From Octopus vulgaris (lineage: Eukaryota), in NCBI GenBank assembly GCA_951406725.2, contig OX597823.1, forward strand, positions 107,136,001 to 107,200,000: a DNA stretch of 64,000 bases, given 5' to 3'. Position 1 is the stretch's first letter. Each line of letters opens with the position of its first letter. The position numbers and the translations under genes are program-made. The notes beneath the pieces were generated by a model. It ran no database searches. It was not told the DNA's origin and saw nothing but the letters and a program-made list of their open reading frames with translations. Shown piece by piece: positions 1 to 14,172 of the stretch.

Positions 1-1035
1 TTAATCCATTTGTCTGTCCTTGTTTGTCCTCTTTGTTTAGCCCCTTGTGGGTAGTAAAGAAATAGGTATATACTAGTGGTGGTGGGGAGGTGGTTTTGGT
101 AGCATTGTAGCATTGTATATAATGTTGTAGGTTTTGTAGTAGTATTGTTTTCGCGTATGAGGTGATAGGGATATTGTAGAAGTATAAGTGATGGCCATGG
201 TGTTTGTTATATTTATTACTCTGTTATTTTTCTTCTTCTTCTCCCGGTCAGGACTCACGCCATTAGTCACAAAGAATAATCTCTAATTCGAGCCTACTCT
301 AATCTACTAAGAATGCGTGTGGCAGCTTGAAGATCCACCCACCACACGCGATAGACTGGCGGTTGTACGGACGCGAAAGCTACGCTGTTATCCTCATTCC
401 GTAAACGGTGGCTTTTAACGGGTGGAGAGCTGAACCATCCTGGGGTACAGAGGATTTGCAATCTAGACTAGGGTCTGAGAGTTCACCACACCATAGTGGG
501 TTACACCATGGTGCCTCTGCTTTGTGGCAGAAGTAGGAAGAAAGAGTGAGAGAAAGTTGTGGTGAAAAAGTACAGCGGGGTTCACCACCCCCACAAGAGC
601 CTCGTGGAGCTTAGGTGCTTTTTTCCAATAAACACTCACAATGGTCTGTTGTTGTTGTGTGCTATTACCATTACTGTCTGTGATGGTGCATGCGATACCA
701 GCATGGAGGTTTTTGCGGTGTTGAGAGTGGATGTGGAGTCAGTGTTTGTGGTGGTAGTGGTAGTAGATATATGTGGGGCAGTAGTAGTAATACTAGTAGT
801 AGTAGTAGTAGGAGGAGGAGGAGGAAGTGTATTTGTTTTGTTCAGGTAGAAGGTTGATGCTGGTTTTATATTAGTTGTTGTTGTTCTCGTAGTTATAGCA
901 GTAACAGTGCAAGGATATGATAAGAGATTAGCCGAAGATCAAACCTGATTTGAGCAGATTTATCTTCAAAAGCATTCCATCCATGATCAACTCATCTTTT
1001 TTTTTTTTTTAGGGATTCTAAAATTATTTTCAATG

Positions 1036-1235
1036 CTTCAAATTTTGGCACAAGGCCAGCAATTTGAGAGGAGGGAACTAGTCGATTACATTAACCACGA
1101 AAGGATGAAAAGCAAAGTTGACCACGGCGGAATTTGAACTCAGAACGTGAAGGACCGGAAGAAATCTCACTAAGTGAGACACGCTAACAATTCACGCTAA
1201 CAATTCACACTAACAATTCTGCCAGGTCGTCGCCT
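1036..1235 (-). mobile_element. tRNA-derived SINE, family A (degenerate, alternative 3' tail)
   Basis: The minus strand has an A-box-like GGCGACGACCTGGCAG and the B box GAGTTCAAATTCC, followed by the family core GGTCAACTTTGCTTTTCATCC. A short internal tandem repeat (cacgctaacaatt) is present. Confidence 0.75.
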
Positions 1236-1300
1236 TAAATGTATTATATTGATAGAATGATTTTTTCTTTTTTTTTTTAAGATGTAGGCTTTTGATTACT

Positions 1301-1531
1301 TATTTCTTTACTACCCACACAAGGGGCTAAACACAGAGAGGACAAACAAGGACAGACAAAGGTATTAAGTCGATTACATGGACCCCAGTGCGTAACTGGT
1401 ACTTAATTTATCGACCCCGAAGAGATGAAAGGCAAAGTCGACCTCGGCGGAATTTGAACTCAGAACGTAGCGGCAGACGAATCACCGCTGAGCATTTCGC
1501 CCACGTGCTAACGACTGCCAGCTCGCCGCCT
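1301..1531 (-). mobile_element. tRNA-derived SINE, family A, full length with TSD
   Basis: The minus strand reads GGCGGCGAGCTGGCAG...GAGTTCAAATTCC (Pol III A/B boxes), then GTCGACTTTGCCTTTCATC...GGGGTCGATAAATTAAGTACCAG, which resembles the Meta/MESC-type SINE central domain. It is flanked by the 17-bp TSD tgtaggcttttga(t/c)tac at 1283-1299 and 1532-1548. Confidence 0.9.
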
Positions 1532-1746
1532 TGTAGGCTTTTGACTACCTACTATTTCTAGTCTGTCAAAATACTGCATCACTGGTTCGCGGTCATGATA
1601 GTAACTTGCTGCGGTAGAGATATTGTTGTTGTTGTTGTTATCAGAAGTTTTATCTAATAAAGATTGATGTCAGATAGAAACTAACAACTTTATATTTGCT
1701 TGTGTAACATAGTATAAGTATTGTAGCGAGATAGCATATATCTATA

Positions 1747-1947
1747 GGGAGAGTTCACGGAAAAAAAAAACGTGAAGGACCAAGACAGGTGGTGTACAAA
1801 ACAAGCAGATGTATTAGTATGACGCTCAGGAACTGAACAAGTCTTTTACGTTTCGAGCCTACGCCCTTCTACCAAAAGGGACACAGAAAAAACAAGAAAC
1901 AAGGAGAAAAAAAATTGTGTGTAGTGACTACCGATCTATCATGGCGA
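1747..1947 (-). mobile_element. Short interspersed element with a degenerate minimal hammerhead-like motif (Penelope pLTR-like); same family as 36597-36780
   Basis: Near-identical to 36597-36780. The motif at 1843-1878 (-) is cttt TGGTAGA a gggc gtag gctc GAAA cg TA aaag. The element is flanked by TA runs. Confidence 0.6.
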
Positions 1948-2485
1948 CTATATATATATATGTGTGTGTGTTTGTATACTCTATTGAATTAGGGCATACT
2001 TCATTGAATCAGGAGATACACATTTGAATCTGGGAGTATTCTAATATATTTACTCTGATTCATTGCAAGTGCTATTTGACATCGATCCGGAGGAGATGAA
2101 AAGAAGAGGCCATGTCCAGCTACTCACGATTTAAACTGAGAATGCGAAAACGGAGCCTATAAGAGAAGAATACATCGAAGAGAGACAAGAATTTAAGGAA
2201 ATGTTTGAGTATTATTGAAGACAAGCAATCAACAAAAGTCTGGTGGGTGGTATCGAAAGAATTTCGTACTCCATAATATATTTTTCTCAGAAGTCATACA
2301 TAAAGAGACGTTAGCTAAATGTCCTGTCACAGGCTGACAGTGTACCGCTTCTGGAAATATACGGCACTAATTTCTATATTGACTAACTAACGATGTAAAC
2401 TGATCCCTCTGTGTAAGTTGAATCTTTTCGTTTACCACTAATTGTAGAACTGAAATATTGCCAAAATGTTGCTGCTACGGCTTAC

Positions 2486-2536
<51 letters not shown>

Positions 2537-4329
2537 AAATCTCCTTTTTTTCTGCACTGTCAAAGTAGACAGGCTTTTATTTGAGCTATATTTGACTTCT
2601 ATTTCTAATAAATGGAGCGCAGAAGCTCTCTTGATGGATCTCTTAATGTTTAGTTGTTGTTTAACCTCAGGTCAGGTCTGATTGAACTTATCTGTGATCA
2701 AAGGCACTGTAGGATTACATTATCTCGTGTGTCCTTTTCTATGAAGGTACAGTGTAGGTTATGAGAGACTTGGTTACTATTTTTTGCAAATCCAGTAACC
2801 ATATAAACGCTCCCCCGTTGGCGATGGATAGTGTCTTTCCTGTTTTTGTTTGTTATATCATCATCATCCCAAAGATTATCATTGCGATATTATTACTGAG
2901 GTATCATTCCCATCTTATTATTGATATTATCATCACTATCGCACATAAGACGGTGACCGGGCACTATCGATAGCACACCGGGCAAAATGCTTGTCGGTAT
3001 TTCGGGTATCTTTACGTTCTGAGTTCAAATTCCGCTCAGGTGCACTTTGTCTTTCATCCTTCGGGGTTGATAAAATAAGTATCATTCAAGCCTTGTGCTA
3101 AAATTTAAAATCATTATTGCCACCTCATTCTAATGCAGTGAGTTAGCAGAATCGTTTGTACGCAGGAGAAAATGTTTAAAGACAGTTTGCCTGGCTTTAC
3201 GTTCTGAGTTCAAATTCCGCCGAGGTCGACTTTTTTCGGCTTTGCTGTAATCGATTAGCTCCCTTGCCAAGAACTTCAGGCCTGGTGTCTATAAAAGAAA
3301 TGATTGTTTCTATGTCATTGTTATGATATTCTTCTTATGGTTTTATTTCTGTTGTTGTTCTTATGATGACGTAATAAGTCGTGACGGTGGCAGTAGTTAT
3401 ACCGTAGTGATCGTGAGGGCGATAGATATAGACGTCGTTGATATTGTTGAGTCGTTACAAATTCCCTGGCTTTTGTTGCTATGATAGTAATCAAAATAAT
3501 GGTCGATTGTGAGTTTATTTTGTGTGCTGTGATTGTGGTGATTGGAATAGTGTTGTGAGAATGATGGTAGATACTGCCTTGATAGTAGATACATTTTCGC
3601 AGCGTTATTGTTGTAGTCGTAGTTGTGGTGCTGTTAAAGGTGGAGATAGGGATGAAGTGGTAGTAGTGATGTGGTAATGCTAGTAGCGGCGGTATGGTGG
3701 TGGTAGTAATGGTATAGAATACGTAGTGGTGGTAGTTGGTTTTTGTGGTTCTTTGCTGTTGTTTTTTTGTTGTTATTTTATGCTTGCTGATTAGGTTGGT
3801 TGATGTTATTGTTGTTGTTGTCGTTGTTTGTTTTTAAATGAATAGCGTCCTGGCTTTATTTATCTTGTTAGTCATTTATCGATTTCATATTTAGTTTTAT
3901 TACTAATTCCACTGAAAATGAAACTTGGTGTCATGTGTTTTAATAAAAGATTGATTTAATTTTTTTTTTTTTTGAAAAATCAAAAATAAATTTTTAAAAT
4001 ATATGTAAAATACACAAACTATTTTTAATGAAATTTAAAGAATAAAAAAAAATATGATTTAAAATAAATTTTAAAATAAAATAAACAATCATTGTGAATA
4101 ATTGAAATGGAATTTCTGCTTGCTTTGTTGTTTATTATAATTGTAGTTGATTTTTTTTTATATTAAAGTTTCCCTTAATGAAGGGAAGTGTCGTGGGAGG
4201 TTATATGAGTAGGAGATGCTCAGCTGAATGGTCACGTGATGCAAAGAGACTGCTATTTCTTTGACTAAATAACACCCATTCAGGCCAAGATTTCTTCTAT
4301 ATATTTTTTTAAAAATGAATATTTTCTGA

Positions 4330-4707
4330 TCCTTCTTCGAATAAACTGGATGGGAGAATTAATAGTTTTATACCCATTTGTTATCACTGCACCGTGTGCA
4401 CTAGGTGACCATGTGGCAGTCACTCAAGTGGACGTTTCCAGGCATCAGCTTCACTAACTAGACACTGGAAACCAAATCAGAAAAATCGCTGTAGCAGCAC
4501 TGATTTTCTAGGAGTGGCAGGCATGGCCATTCGAAGGTCATTTTATTTTTTATCTTATAGTCAGGAAGGAGGGCAGATCCACCGAAACTTGTGGTGGGAG
4601 GAGAGACATGTTTTCTTATATTGGAGGCATGGCCCAAATATTCGCCAGAGAGTGGATACCATGAAAGTCAGCCTAAGTGCGAAATGTTAAACCCGGCGAC
4701 GGATTAA
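4330..4707 (+). pseudogene. Highly decayed relic resembling the gag/ORF1-like protein of 33035-34163
   Basis: 4561-4680 translates as SGRRADPPKLVVGGETCFLILEAWPKYSPESGYHESQPKC, versus PDFLKMPGCRYLVILEGRPP-CHSCLEPGHIKKNC in the larger element. Upstream GELIVLYP resembles GEKILFLP. Visual similarity only. Confidence 0.35.
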
Positions 4708-5321
4708 GTCTACCACCCCAAACGGGCTATTTGAACTCAGAACGCACAGGCTCAGAATAAACGCTCTAAGGCATCCAGCCCAACACTCTTACAGCACTGT
4801 CAATCCACCGCTCTGAATTGTTACTATTTAATCGACGCTGAAAGGATGATAGACAAAATTGATCTCGACATGATTTGGTCTTACAGCACAGAAAATTCTT
4901 CTCAGCGTTTAAGTGGCTTATCAGCTTTATTCCCGTTTTCTGGACTACAACAGTGAAGATCGTTGACTATCATGGATTGTTAATTTTTGCACCTAAGATC
5001 TGTAACTGTAAAAATCTGTCTCATTAATTCTGTTGTGAGGTGTTCCAAGAAAGAAGTACTACACTAACTTCATTCAGAAACGATGTATTCCTTCGTTGTA
5101 CATTTTGTTTCGTTAGAAACTACATAAAAAAGAAAAGTATCAAGAATTGGCGATTTGTATACACTTCCATTTGTACGTATTTTTACGTCTATTAGATTAC
5201 ATTTCTATGGCTATATGTGTGTGTATATGTATGTCCGTTTGTATGTATATAGGTATCATCGAAGAATATATCATAATGTAATTGTCGTATATTGCTGCGG
5301 AACCCCAACACAGATTTTTGA

Positions 5322-5600
5322 TCGTCTTCGGTCGATGATCTTCCAAAATTGAAACGCTGGAACCACTCATGCTTATGGCTCGAAGCAATCCTCTCCAGAA
5401 GCCTTTATGTAACATTAGAAAAGTTTCCATAAAAGGTTGGGCTTTTTACTGATTCCAAACAAAATTTCACACAAACACGTAGCTCTTCCATTTTTTTCAT
5501 TTTTCAGTTTGCAACAAATCCCTAAGTGCACCAATCATCATTCACTCAAGCACATGTAGATCAATGACTCACTGACCTCACGTGGTATGGCTATCACTAA
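5322..5600 (-). mobile_element. Mariner (Tc1/mariner) transposase N-terminal remnant
   Basis: Across frameshifts the minus strand reads MEELRVCVKFC...METFLMLHKA.GEDC...HEWFQRFNFGRSSTEDD. This matches the mariner HTH consensus EQRVCVKFC...TFQMLQQAFGEDC...EWFQRFKSGRTSIEDD. Confidence 0.75.
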
Positions 5601-6701
5601 ACTCTTGGTCAACATTATAACAACGCTGTTTTAAAACTTCAATTCTTTTTAGTACAAACATCATTTATATGAAAGAAATATGAAAGTAAAGTACCTGATA
5701 CAATAAATTTTCACCTTTATTTCCTATCTTCGCACTTATTCGGTACTCTCAAACCGATTTCGCATACACATTCATTCATAACGTTATCGTACCTGCATCA
5801 GAAACTACGTTAGATAATTTTCAATCTTACTCTATCGCCCCGACCTCCTTACACCCATCTATTGACTTCCTTTTAATTTCCTATGCCCCACTTCCTTTGC
5901 CTTTGGTCTTCCATCTAGAAATTAATACGTGTAGCTTTCTCCATTTTCTCATTTGCATCTCATTCACTGTCATTCCCTTCCCTCACACCGCTACCAAGTC
6001 TGTCCCATTGTTTTACTACAAAGACTACAGCATTTCCGATGGACACATATACAAACACGCACACTCATCCTTTTTCTTCCTTTTAAATCTTTTACCTTAA
6101 ACGGTTTTCCATGTATGAAATTTTGAAATGAATACATATGTATATGAGTGTGCGCGTGTGTATGTGTGTATGCATGTGTATGAGTGCACACATATAGCAC
6201 ATATGTGCGCGTGAGATGAAGTGTATGAGCGAATATGAATTTCAAATGGAAACAAGTTTTTGCGTATATGTGTGTGCGTCATTGTGCACTCACACACATA
6301 GATTAGTTTCAATATGTATATGCCTGTGTGTGTAACAGTATGTTGATAAAACATCAATTAACCGAGATTATCCATGTAATTAGCAGACAAAGCCTCCTTC
6401 TAGGAATGTCTAAAATCCAAAATCAACACGAAAGGAATATAGCTACAATAAAGTCAGTTAAATGATATTCGGAGGAATACAGAAAAAGACGTAAGGATAT
6501 GTTTGGGTTCAGCCTACTTGATGAAGGGCACGATTATGTTTTGGGCTTAGCAGACCTCCTACACCTGGCAGGTATAACACAGTTGGCAATGCGTGTATGT
6601 ATGTGTGTGTATGTGTATTATATAGATAGATATATAGACAGACAGACAGACAGACAGACAGATAGACAGACAGATAGATAGAGATAGATAGATAGATAGA
6701 C

Positions 6702-6777
<76 letters not shown>

Positions 6778-7587
6778 GTGTGTGTATGGGTGTTGATTAC
6801 TCCTTAGTCATCTTAGTCATACGAACTGAGTAGAATTTTTCCGTTAGAAGGTTCTGTGAAACCTACACGTCTGTTATATCTCTACTTCCTTGTTCCAAGA
6901 TATCTGGAAACTCAGAGGCCGTGAATCAGAACGTGCACCATGACATAAGACTTCGTCGTTAACACCACTCATTGTTTTAACTGTCTTAAATTGTAAGCTA
7001 TACCAAAATAAAAAGTGCTAAATATTGGTATTTCTCAACCTGAGAGGCAAAAATATTACTTAGGCACCGGAGATAATTTCTCCTAGAAAATCCACCGCCC
7101 AATGGTACAATTAGTCAAGGGGTAACTCCCTACTGAGAACGACATTCTGGCCTGAGTATTTTTTCCATACATAAGAATTGTCCGGCTAAAATTAACAATA
7201 TCTTCGATGCGCTACATATTCCAGCACGCAACTCGACTTGACCAAAGAAACAATATCCTCATTTTCATTACTAAAATTGCAGACATCTTTCATTGTAATT
7301 TATTTAAATTTAGTTAAGATATATTAATAATATTGCAATAAAATTCGTTTATATATTTATTATTGGATGTTAAGTGTTGGTATTTTTTATATATTGCCAA
7401 TATAATTGTAAACGGTTTTCGTTATTAAATATGAAAACGAAAATATAAAATTAAAAAAACTTAAGCTATGCCAATACCATCATATATGCAAAGAAAACAT
7501 TCGTTGCTGTTGCAACCACCGAAAAGTGTAACAGACGAACATTTCTTTAACTCACAAAATAAATATATTCAAGTATTTTTTTTTTTT

Positions 7588-7706
7588 GCGGCTCTGTGGT
7601 AAGAAGTTTGCTTCCAAACCATATGGTTCCGGGTTCATTCCCACTGCGTGGCAACTTGGGCAAGTGTCTTCTACCATAGCCTCGGACCGACCAAAGAAGC
7701 CCATTG
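7588..7706 (+). mobile_element. tRNA-derived CORE-type SINE, family B, 5' part
   Basis: GGCTCTGTGGTAAG (A box-like), GGTTCATTCCC (B box-like) and CORE-like GGCAACTTGGGCAAGTGTCTTCT, running into (TA)n(TG)n. Confidence 0.75.
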
Positions 7707-7804
<98 letters not shown>

Positions 7805-8533
7805 CATGTATCTATATGTGTGTGTGTTTGCGTGCGAGCGTAAACTGTTTAAATTGTATAAGCTTTAATCCGAAAATTGAAAATTCGCATACCGCAGTTA
7901 TATACATTATCAATAATACTACAAAACTGAACGTCACTTAATTTAAGAACATTTAGCTGATTTGTTTTTCTTTTTTCTTTGAACAAAATAGAAATTTTTG
8001 TACTAAAGATGGAAACGAACACAATCATATGGCACTTAATACTTGACAGTGTGCCTAAAATTTCTCCAAAAGGAACCACCTGGACGAGGCATTGAATATA
8101 TAAGTTTGATTATCACACATCATATGAAATTTCTCTCCTTTTTTTTTGTTTTGTTTTTACTGTTCTATCCATCGAATTCATTCAGCCTTTTGGATGTTCT
8201 TTGTTGAATACTCTGTTGAATCTAATTTTCTGTTGCACTGTGCAAAAGCAGATTTTTTTTTTTTAGGATTACAGGTCCATCCGACGCAATTCCCCTCAGT
8301 GTTTCAAGATCAAGTTTCCCTATCAAGGTAAGGATCGACCCGACGCTATAGTAGAAGCCACTTGTCCAAGGCGCCAAATGTTGTGACAGAAACATGAAAC
8401 TTGAAATTAAGAGGCGAACTATACATCCATATTATTATATGTTACATACATACCTACGTACATACATACATACATACATATGTACATATGCATATGCCGG
8501 TATCTATGTATATCCATGTATGTATGCATGTAT

Positions 8534-8564
<31 letters not shown>

Positions 8565-8567
8565 GTA

Positions 8568-8730
8568 AATCCAATAAAGAAAAACAAACACAAAAAAACA
8601 ATGCGAGGACGTGGTACATGTAAAGTGTTAGCAGACACTCAGGGAAGGAAAGTAAGATGGTTTAACGTTTCGAGTAGACGCCCTTCTTCGGAAACAGAGG
8701 TAAGTCCAATAGAAGGGAAGACAGAAATGT
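8568..8730 (-). mobile_element. Penelope pLTR-like fragment with a minimal hammerhead-like motif at 8660-8695
   Basis: The minus strand reads GTTT CCGAAGA A GGG cgtcta CTC GAAA CG TT AAAC. Stem I is GTTT/AAAC, the core is CCGAAGA, and the stem III region is the palindromic AACGTT. Confidence 0.55.
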
Positions 8731-8974
8731 GTGTATATATGTGTGTGCTTGAATGTGCTTGTGTATCTGTGTGTCTGTATGTGTGTTTTCCATGCGTGGT
8801 TTATGATGATATATGTAAGGCGATAAAGAAGAAGTGAAGAAGAGAGAAACCAAAAGAATTCTAAGGATGCAACTAAAGTATGCCTGTGTCCATGTTTCAA
8901 CGAGTACAGACTTTAAGTTATTTTCTCCTCATTTCACCGAAGAAGCAGCAGCATCATTTATCTTTTATATTTTG

Positions 8975-9134
8975 CTTGTTTCAGTCGTGGGACTGTATGC
9001 ATGTTGGGGCACCGCCTTGAAGGATTTGCTCGAAGAAATCTACTGCAGTATACATTGTTTTATATTTTACTAATTCTATCTGCATCTTTTGCCAAACTTC
9101 TAGCTTACAAACCAACACTGATTGTCAAGCGAGT

Positions 9135-9204
<70 letters not shown>

Positions 9205-9420
9205 AAATACATACATACATACATAAATATACACGTGCGCGTGCACATGTACGACGGACCTCCTCAAAATTTGCACCTACGAAATTCACTCACTTCACTC
9301 AGAGGGCATTATTCGACCCGGGTCCATAATAGAACTCTTGCCCAAAACACCATGCTGGAACTGAGGTCACATTCACGTGTCTGTAAAGCCTGCATTTAAC
9401 CATACAGCCATTCCTGTGCC
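8975..9420 (-). mobile_element. Family B SINE (degenerate) with internal (CA)n/(CATA)n
   Basis: The tail (atgttggggcaccgccttgaagg...acaaaccaacactgattgtcaagcg) and head (ttgcccaaaacaccatgctggaactga...catacagccattcctgtgcc) match family B in reverse, separated by the internal microsatellite typical of the family. Confidence 0.6.
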
Positions 9421-11314
9421 ATGTCAATAATTTCTTATGAAATTTGCATAAGTACTCCTTATCTACATCATTAAGAGCATTTCAGCAACAATATTATAAC
9501 CAACTTAATCACAACAACCCAACAACATCGACATCAAACACTCACAGCGCCATTCTTTAAAATGTTGCACGTGATACAAATCTCACTTGCTGAACAAATA
9601 TTGATAAATTTTATGTTCTTTTCATTTTGAAGTTCATTTCTCAAAATTGCCCCTTTTTAAAGCAAAGATGCTAATCAGACAATTAAGATGTTTTAATAGA
9701 GTTAATTATTGTAGTTCTTATTACTTCGTTGGTTTTGTTATTAGTGTTATTATCATTATTTTCTTCAACATTTTTACCTTGGCCTTCATTTCAACCGGGT
9801 GTATTTCCATGTTCTGGAGTACTTGTGGACAAGGATTAGGTTTGAGGTACTTTTTCTTATTTTGTTCCCTTCTTTTTTTCTTTTTTTTTTTCTGTGTTGA
9901 TTTGTGTTTGTATACTTTATCAGTTTTACTTTCGTGTGTGATTTGGTTTCAGGTTTATGGCGTTATTTTACTGTCTTGCTTGTTGTGAAATGTGTTGTGT
10001 TATTTTCTTGATTGCCCTTTGTGTTTTGTACGTGCTGTGTGATTAGTTATGCTAATAGGCGGCAGCTGCTAAAAATATGAGTCGGGCGTGGTGGTTGTAT
10101 TATAGGTATCAGGTATCGATTAAGTATAAATGTTATTTTAACAGGTGAGGATTCTGTAGAGCATTTGTTGTTTTTAACAACTGTTTAACAATTTTCTTGT
10201 AGAGTACGAGCTGTGTGAGTTGTGTTAGGTGGTATTTGTGTTTTGTATGAATTGTGGGATAGTTTTAGTGCGATAAATAGGGGCTGTACTTGGATAGCTT
10301 CTTTCGGTGCTTTCTTATGTTGCTTGGTGATGATCCTGTAGAGTATGTGTTGTGTAATTTGTGTTATTTTAGTGGGTTGTGCTTCTTTAGAGTTAGCTGT
10401 CGTGTGCAGTGTTTTACATTTCTATTGCTCTGTTGAATTGAAAATATTTTCCTTAAGACGTTGGTTGAGGCTTGTCGGACTGTCTTTTGGACTGGGCTTA
10501 AATTTCATGTATTTATGAAACCTAGAATTTCAAATATTACTGTACTTATAATTTACTGCAATATTATTTCGTCCTCATGCCCAAATGCTGCTCATTTCGA
10601 TTTCAAGATCTATGCACTTTGATGACGAAGGATTAGCAGAATCCATAGAGCGTCGAATTAAATGATTTACGGTATTTGCTCTGGTTCGTTAGGTTCTGGG
10701 TACATATTCCACAAAGGTAACTTCGCCATTACTCCTTCCTGGTTCGATGAAATAAATTACTACTCAAGTACTGGTGTGCATCGGTCGATTGTTCCCTTTC
10801 GCTGAAATTTCTGTCTTTGAGCTTATGTCACTAAATTAATTCGAATGAACAAAGCGTGGCAATTGCTGTATTTGTTCCGATTTTGACGTCCTGAATTCAG
10901 ATCCCTCCAAGGCCGCTGTTGTCTTTTATCCCCAACTGAAGTCGCTAAAATAAAGTAGCAGTGAAGTACTGGGGTCGCTGAAATCTACTACTCGGTTCTT
11001 CTCCTCAAAAGTGCAGGGTAGTTTTGTCTAGATTAGACACAACAGCGACAATATCAGCAACATGATAATACTGTGAGTAAAAGACGAGAATAATTATAGC
11101 ATTTAAGCAATTTCACAAGCTGGTTCCAGGTTTGGAATATTACAAAATGTTGTGATTAGACCTAATTTATCTACTGATGAAATCAACAAAGTGATTTCCT
11201 TTTGAAAAAATGCAACGTGATCTGTGAAACTTCATGTTGTCATTGAAAATAAATATACCAGTGCTATATAACTTGTTTTTGTGTAGCTATATACATACAT
11301 ATATATGTGCGTGT

Positions 11315-11460
11315 AAGTATTTATGTATGTATGTATGTATGTATGTATGTATGTATGTATGTATGTATGTATGTATGTATGTATGTATGTATGCATGCAT
11401 GCATGCATGCATGTGTATGTATGTATGTATGTATGTATGTATGTATGTATGTATGCATGC

Positions 11461-11532
<72 letters not shown>

Positions 11533-11571
11533 TCTTTCTCATTGTAAACTTTTATTCCTACGCGCATCTTT

Positions 11572-11622
<51 letters not shown>

Positions 11623-11641
11623 AAGAGAGATAGATAGATAC

Positions 11642-11690
<49 letters not shown>

Positions 11691-11700
11691 GAGAGAGATG
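11315..11700. repeat. Compound microsatellite (TATG)n-(TGCA)n-(TA)n-(GA)n
   Basis: Seen directly in the sequence. Confidence 0.95.
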
Positions 11701-12090
11701 ACTAGGTAAAAGTGTGTATATGTGTGTATCTTACTGTATTAAAACATGTATATCATTAAATATGTAGGAATATATAATATCCTACATGTATATTTACTAA
11801 TTTCAGCATATATATATACAGAATACTTACATATATTGACGCGTACGAACGAATATACTTTTACGAATACACATTTACGAATATACATTTAAATATATAT
11901 TCATATGCTACACATATAATATGTGTCGTGAGTGTATGTGCGTGTGTATATATAAATGTGTAAGTGTAAATTGTTATTCATAAGTATACATAAACATATG
12001 CATGTTCATATATGTGTGTGTGAGCGCAGGTATACACACACACATATATATACATATATGTATGTATATGTAAATGCATGTACATATGAT

Positions 12091-12189
<99 letters not shown>

Positions 12190-12928
12190 ATAAACAGATT
12201 ATGTATGTATGTATGTATGTATGTATGTACCTATTTTCTCAGGCCTATGAAACAAAATATCAGAGGAACGCAAAATGATTAGAATCTTCAAAAGAACTAA
12301 AAAAAAATTGAAATATAATTGAAAAAAATACGTCAAGCAAATGTTTAAACCTGACACAAATTTTAATTAACGGGAAAAATTCCTCCTAAATTGTCGAATA
12401 AATGAGGAAGAGATTTAAAAGAGGGTTTTTTTTTTCTGATAGATAATTCTTTTCTTTGCTGTGTAATCCAAAGATTGTTCTCTGCATAGTTCAAAAATCT
12501 GCGCTAACGTTCGTTCGTTATCTTATTGTAATTGCGGTGATGTGAAATGTTGTATTTTACAATAGAGGCTCCCTCCTCGGGTTGATGGCTAATTAGGATA
12601 TTTGTGCATATGTGTGCATGTGTATGTGCATGAGTGTGCCGAGGTGGGAATGCAGGAGACAAGTAGAGAGCCAGTAAGGAAATACACTTATATGTATGTA
12701 TGCTTGCCTACTCTGTGTGTTTTTCTGTATTCAAAGCATCATATACATATGTGCACACATACATACATACGCATGCACATTCATATGCTTATACATATAT
12801 ATGCGCGCGCGCGTCTGTGTGTGTGGAGAGAGAGAGAGAGAGGGAGAAAGAGACATATACTTGTATTTACACACCCATACTTGCATACTTATGTATACAC
12901 AAAAATACATACATACATATATATATAT

Positions 12929-12993
12929 AAATGAGTTTATATATTTATATATATGTATATATGTGAGTATATATATCTATATATTTATGTAAG

Positions 12994-13026
<33 letters not shown>

Positions 13027-13098
13027 ATATATATATATGAGTTTATATATTTATATATATGTATATATGTGAGTATATATATTTATATATATATGTGA

Positions 13099-13147
<49 letters not shown>

Positions 13148-13213
13148 TTTATATATTTATATATATGTATATATGTGAGTATATATATTTTATATATATG
13201 TGAGTATATATAT
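12929..13213. repeat. Three copies of a ~105-bp TA-rich minisatellite unit
   Basis: The unit atgagtttatatatttatatatatgtatatatgtgagtatatatat recurs near 12931, 13037 and 13143, with variable (TA)n spacers. Confidence 0.8.
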
Positions 13214-13503
13214 ACAGAGAGAGAGAGTGGGTGAGTGAGAGATAGAAAGAGGGGGAAAGAGCGGGAAAATAGGAAAAAAGAGAAAAGAAAAGGAGAGTAG
13301 TGAGAGAAAAGAGCCAGAGATAACTAGACAGAAAAATTGACAGATAATTATAAATATCTATTCAATTCAATAAAATTCATTGTCATTGTATTTTCAACGA
13401 AAATATATCTCACTTTTGATTCTTTTATATATTATTTGAATGCATAGACACATTCAAGTTTTATATATGTACATATATATATATAACTCGCCATATATGT
13501 ATA

Positions 13504-13573
<70 letters not shown>

Positions 13574-13919
13574 TACGCACACATATACAAAGATAGAGAG
13601 AGAGAGCGACGTATTTATAATTTATGAAATGTGTGTGGGTGTTGCTGTATGGATGGCGGGGTGTTGAACAAGATGAGACAGAGCAGCAGACAGGTAAAGG
13701 TTAAATATGTAGAATGAAAGACAGCATTCTCTATGCTTTCCACTTCGCATACACATAGTGTGTTCGGCCATATTTCTAGAATAGAAATAAGTGACAGCGG
13801 TGACAACCATTTCTTTTTTAAGAAAGTTATCCATGTAAGGGAACAGTAAAATGTGTTTTATGTCAATCGGAGCTAAATTTAGTTGGATGCCCACTAAATT
13901 CTACCAATGCAATTAAGAT

Positions 13920-14125
13920 GATTTTGGTACAAGCCAGAGAGATCGGGGTAGGGAGTGAATCGATTACATGGACCCCAGTGCTTAACTGGTAATTATTTTA
14001 ACGACCTCGAAACGACGAAAGGCAAAGTCGACGTCCACAGAATTTGAACTCAGGACGTAAAGTCGGACGAAATCCCGCTAAGGATTTTGTCCGGTGTGCT
14101 AACGATTCTACCAGCTGGCCGCCTT
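13920..14125 (-). mobile_element. Family A SINE
   Basis: Same A/B boxes and central domain as 1301-1531. Confidence 0.8.

Positions 14126-14171
<46 letters not shown>

Positions 14172-14172
<1 letters not shown>

Noticed and set aside
4545-4707. Polypyrimidine-AG followed by an open frame, as a host exon
   Set aside because: No supported donor site or partner exons; better explained as a retroelement relic.
11066-11085. TAATACTGTGAGTAAAAG resembling miR-8
   Set aside because: Several mismatches and no complementary 5p arm.
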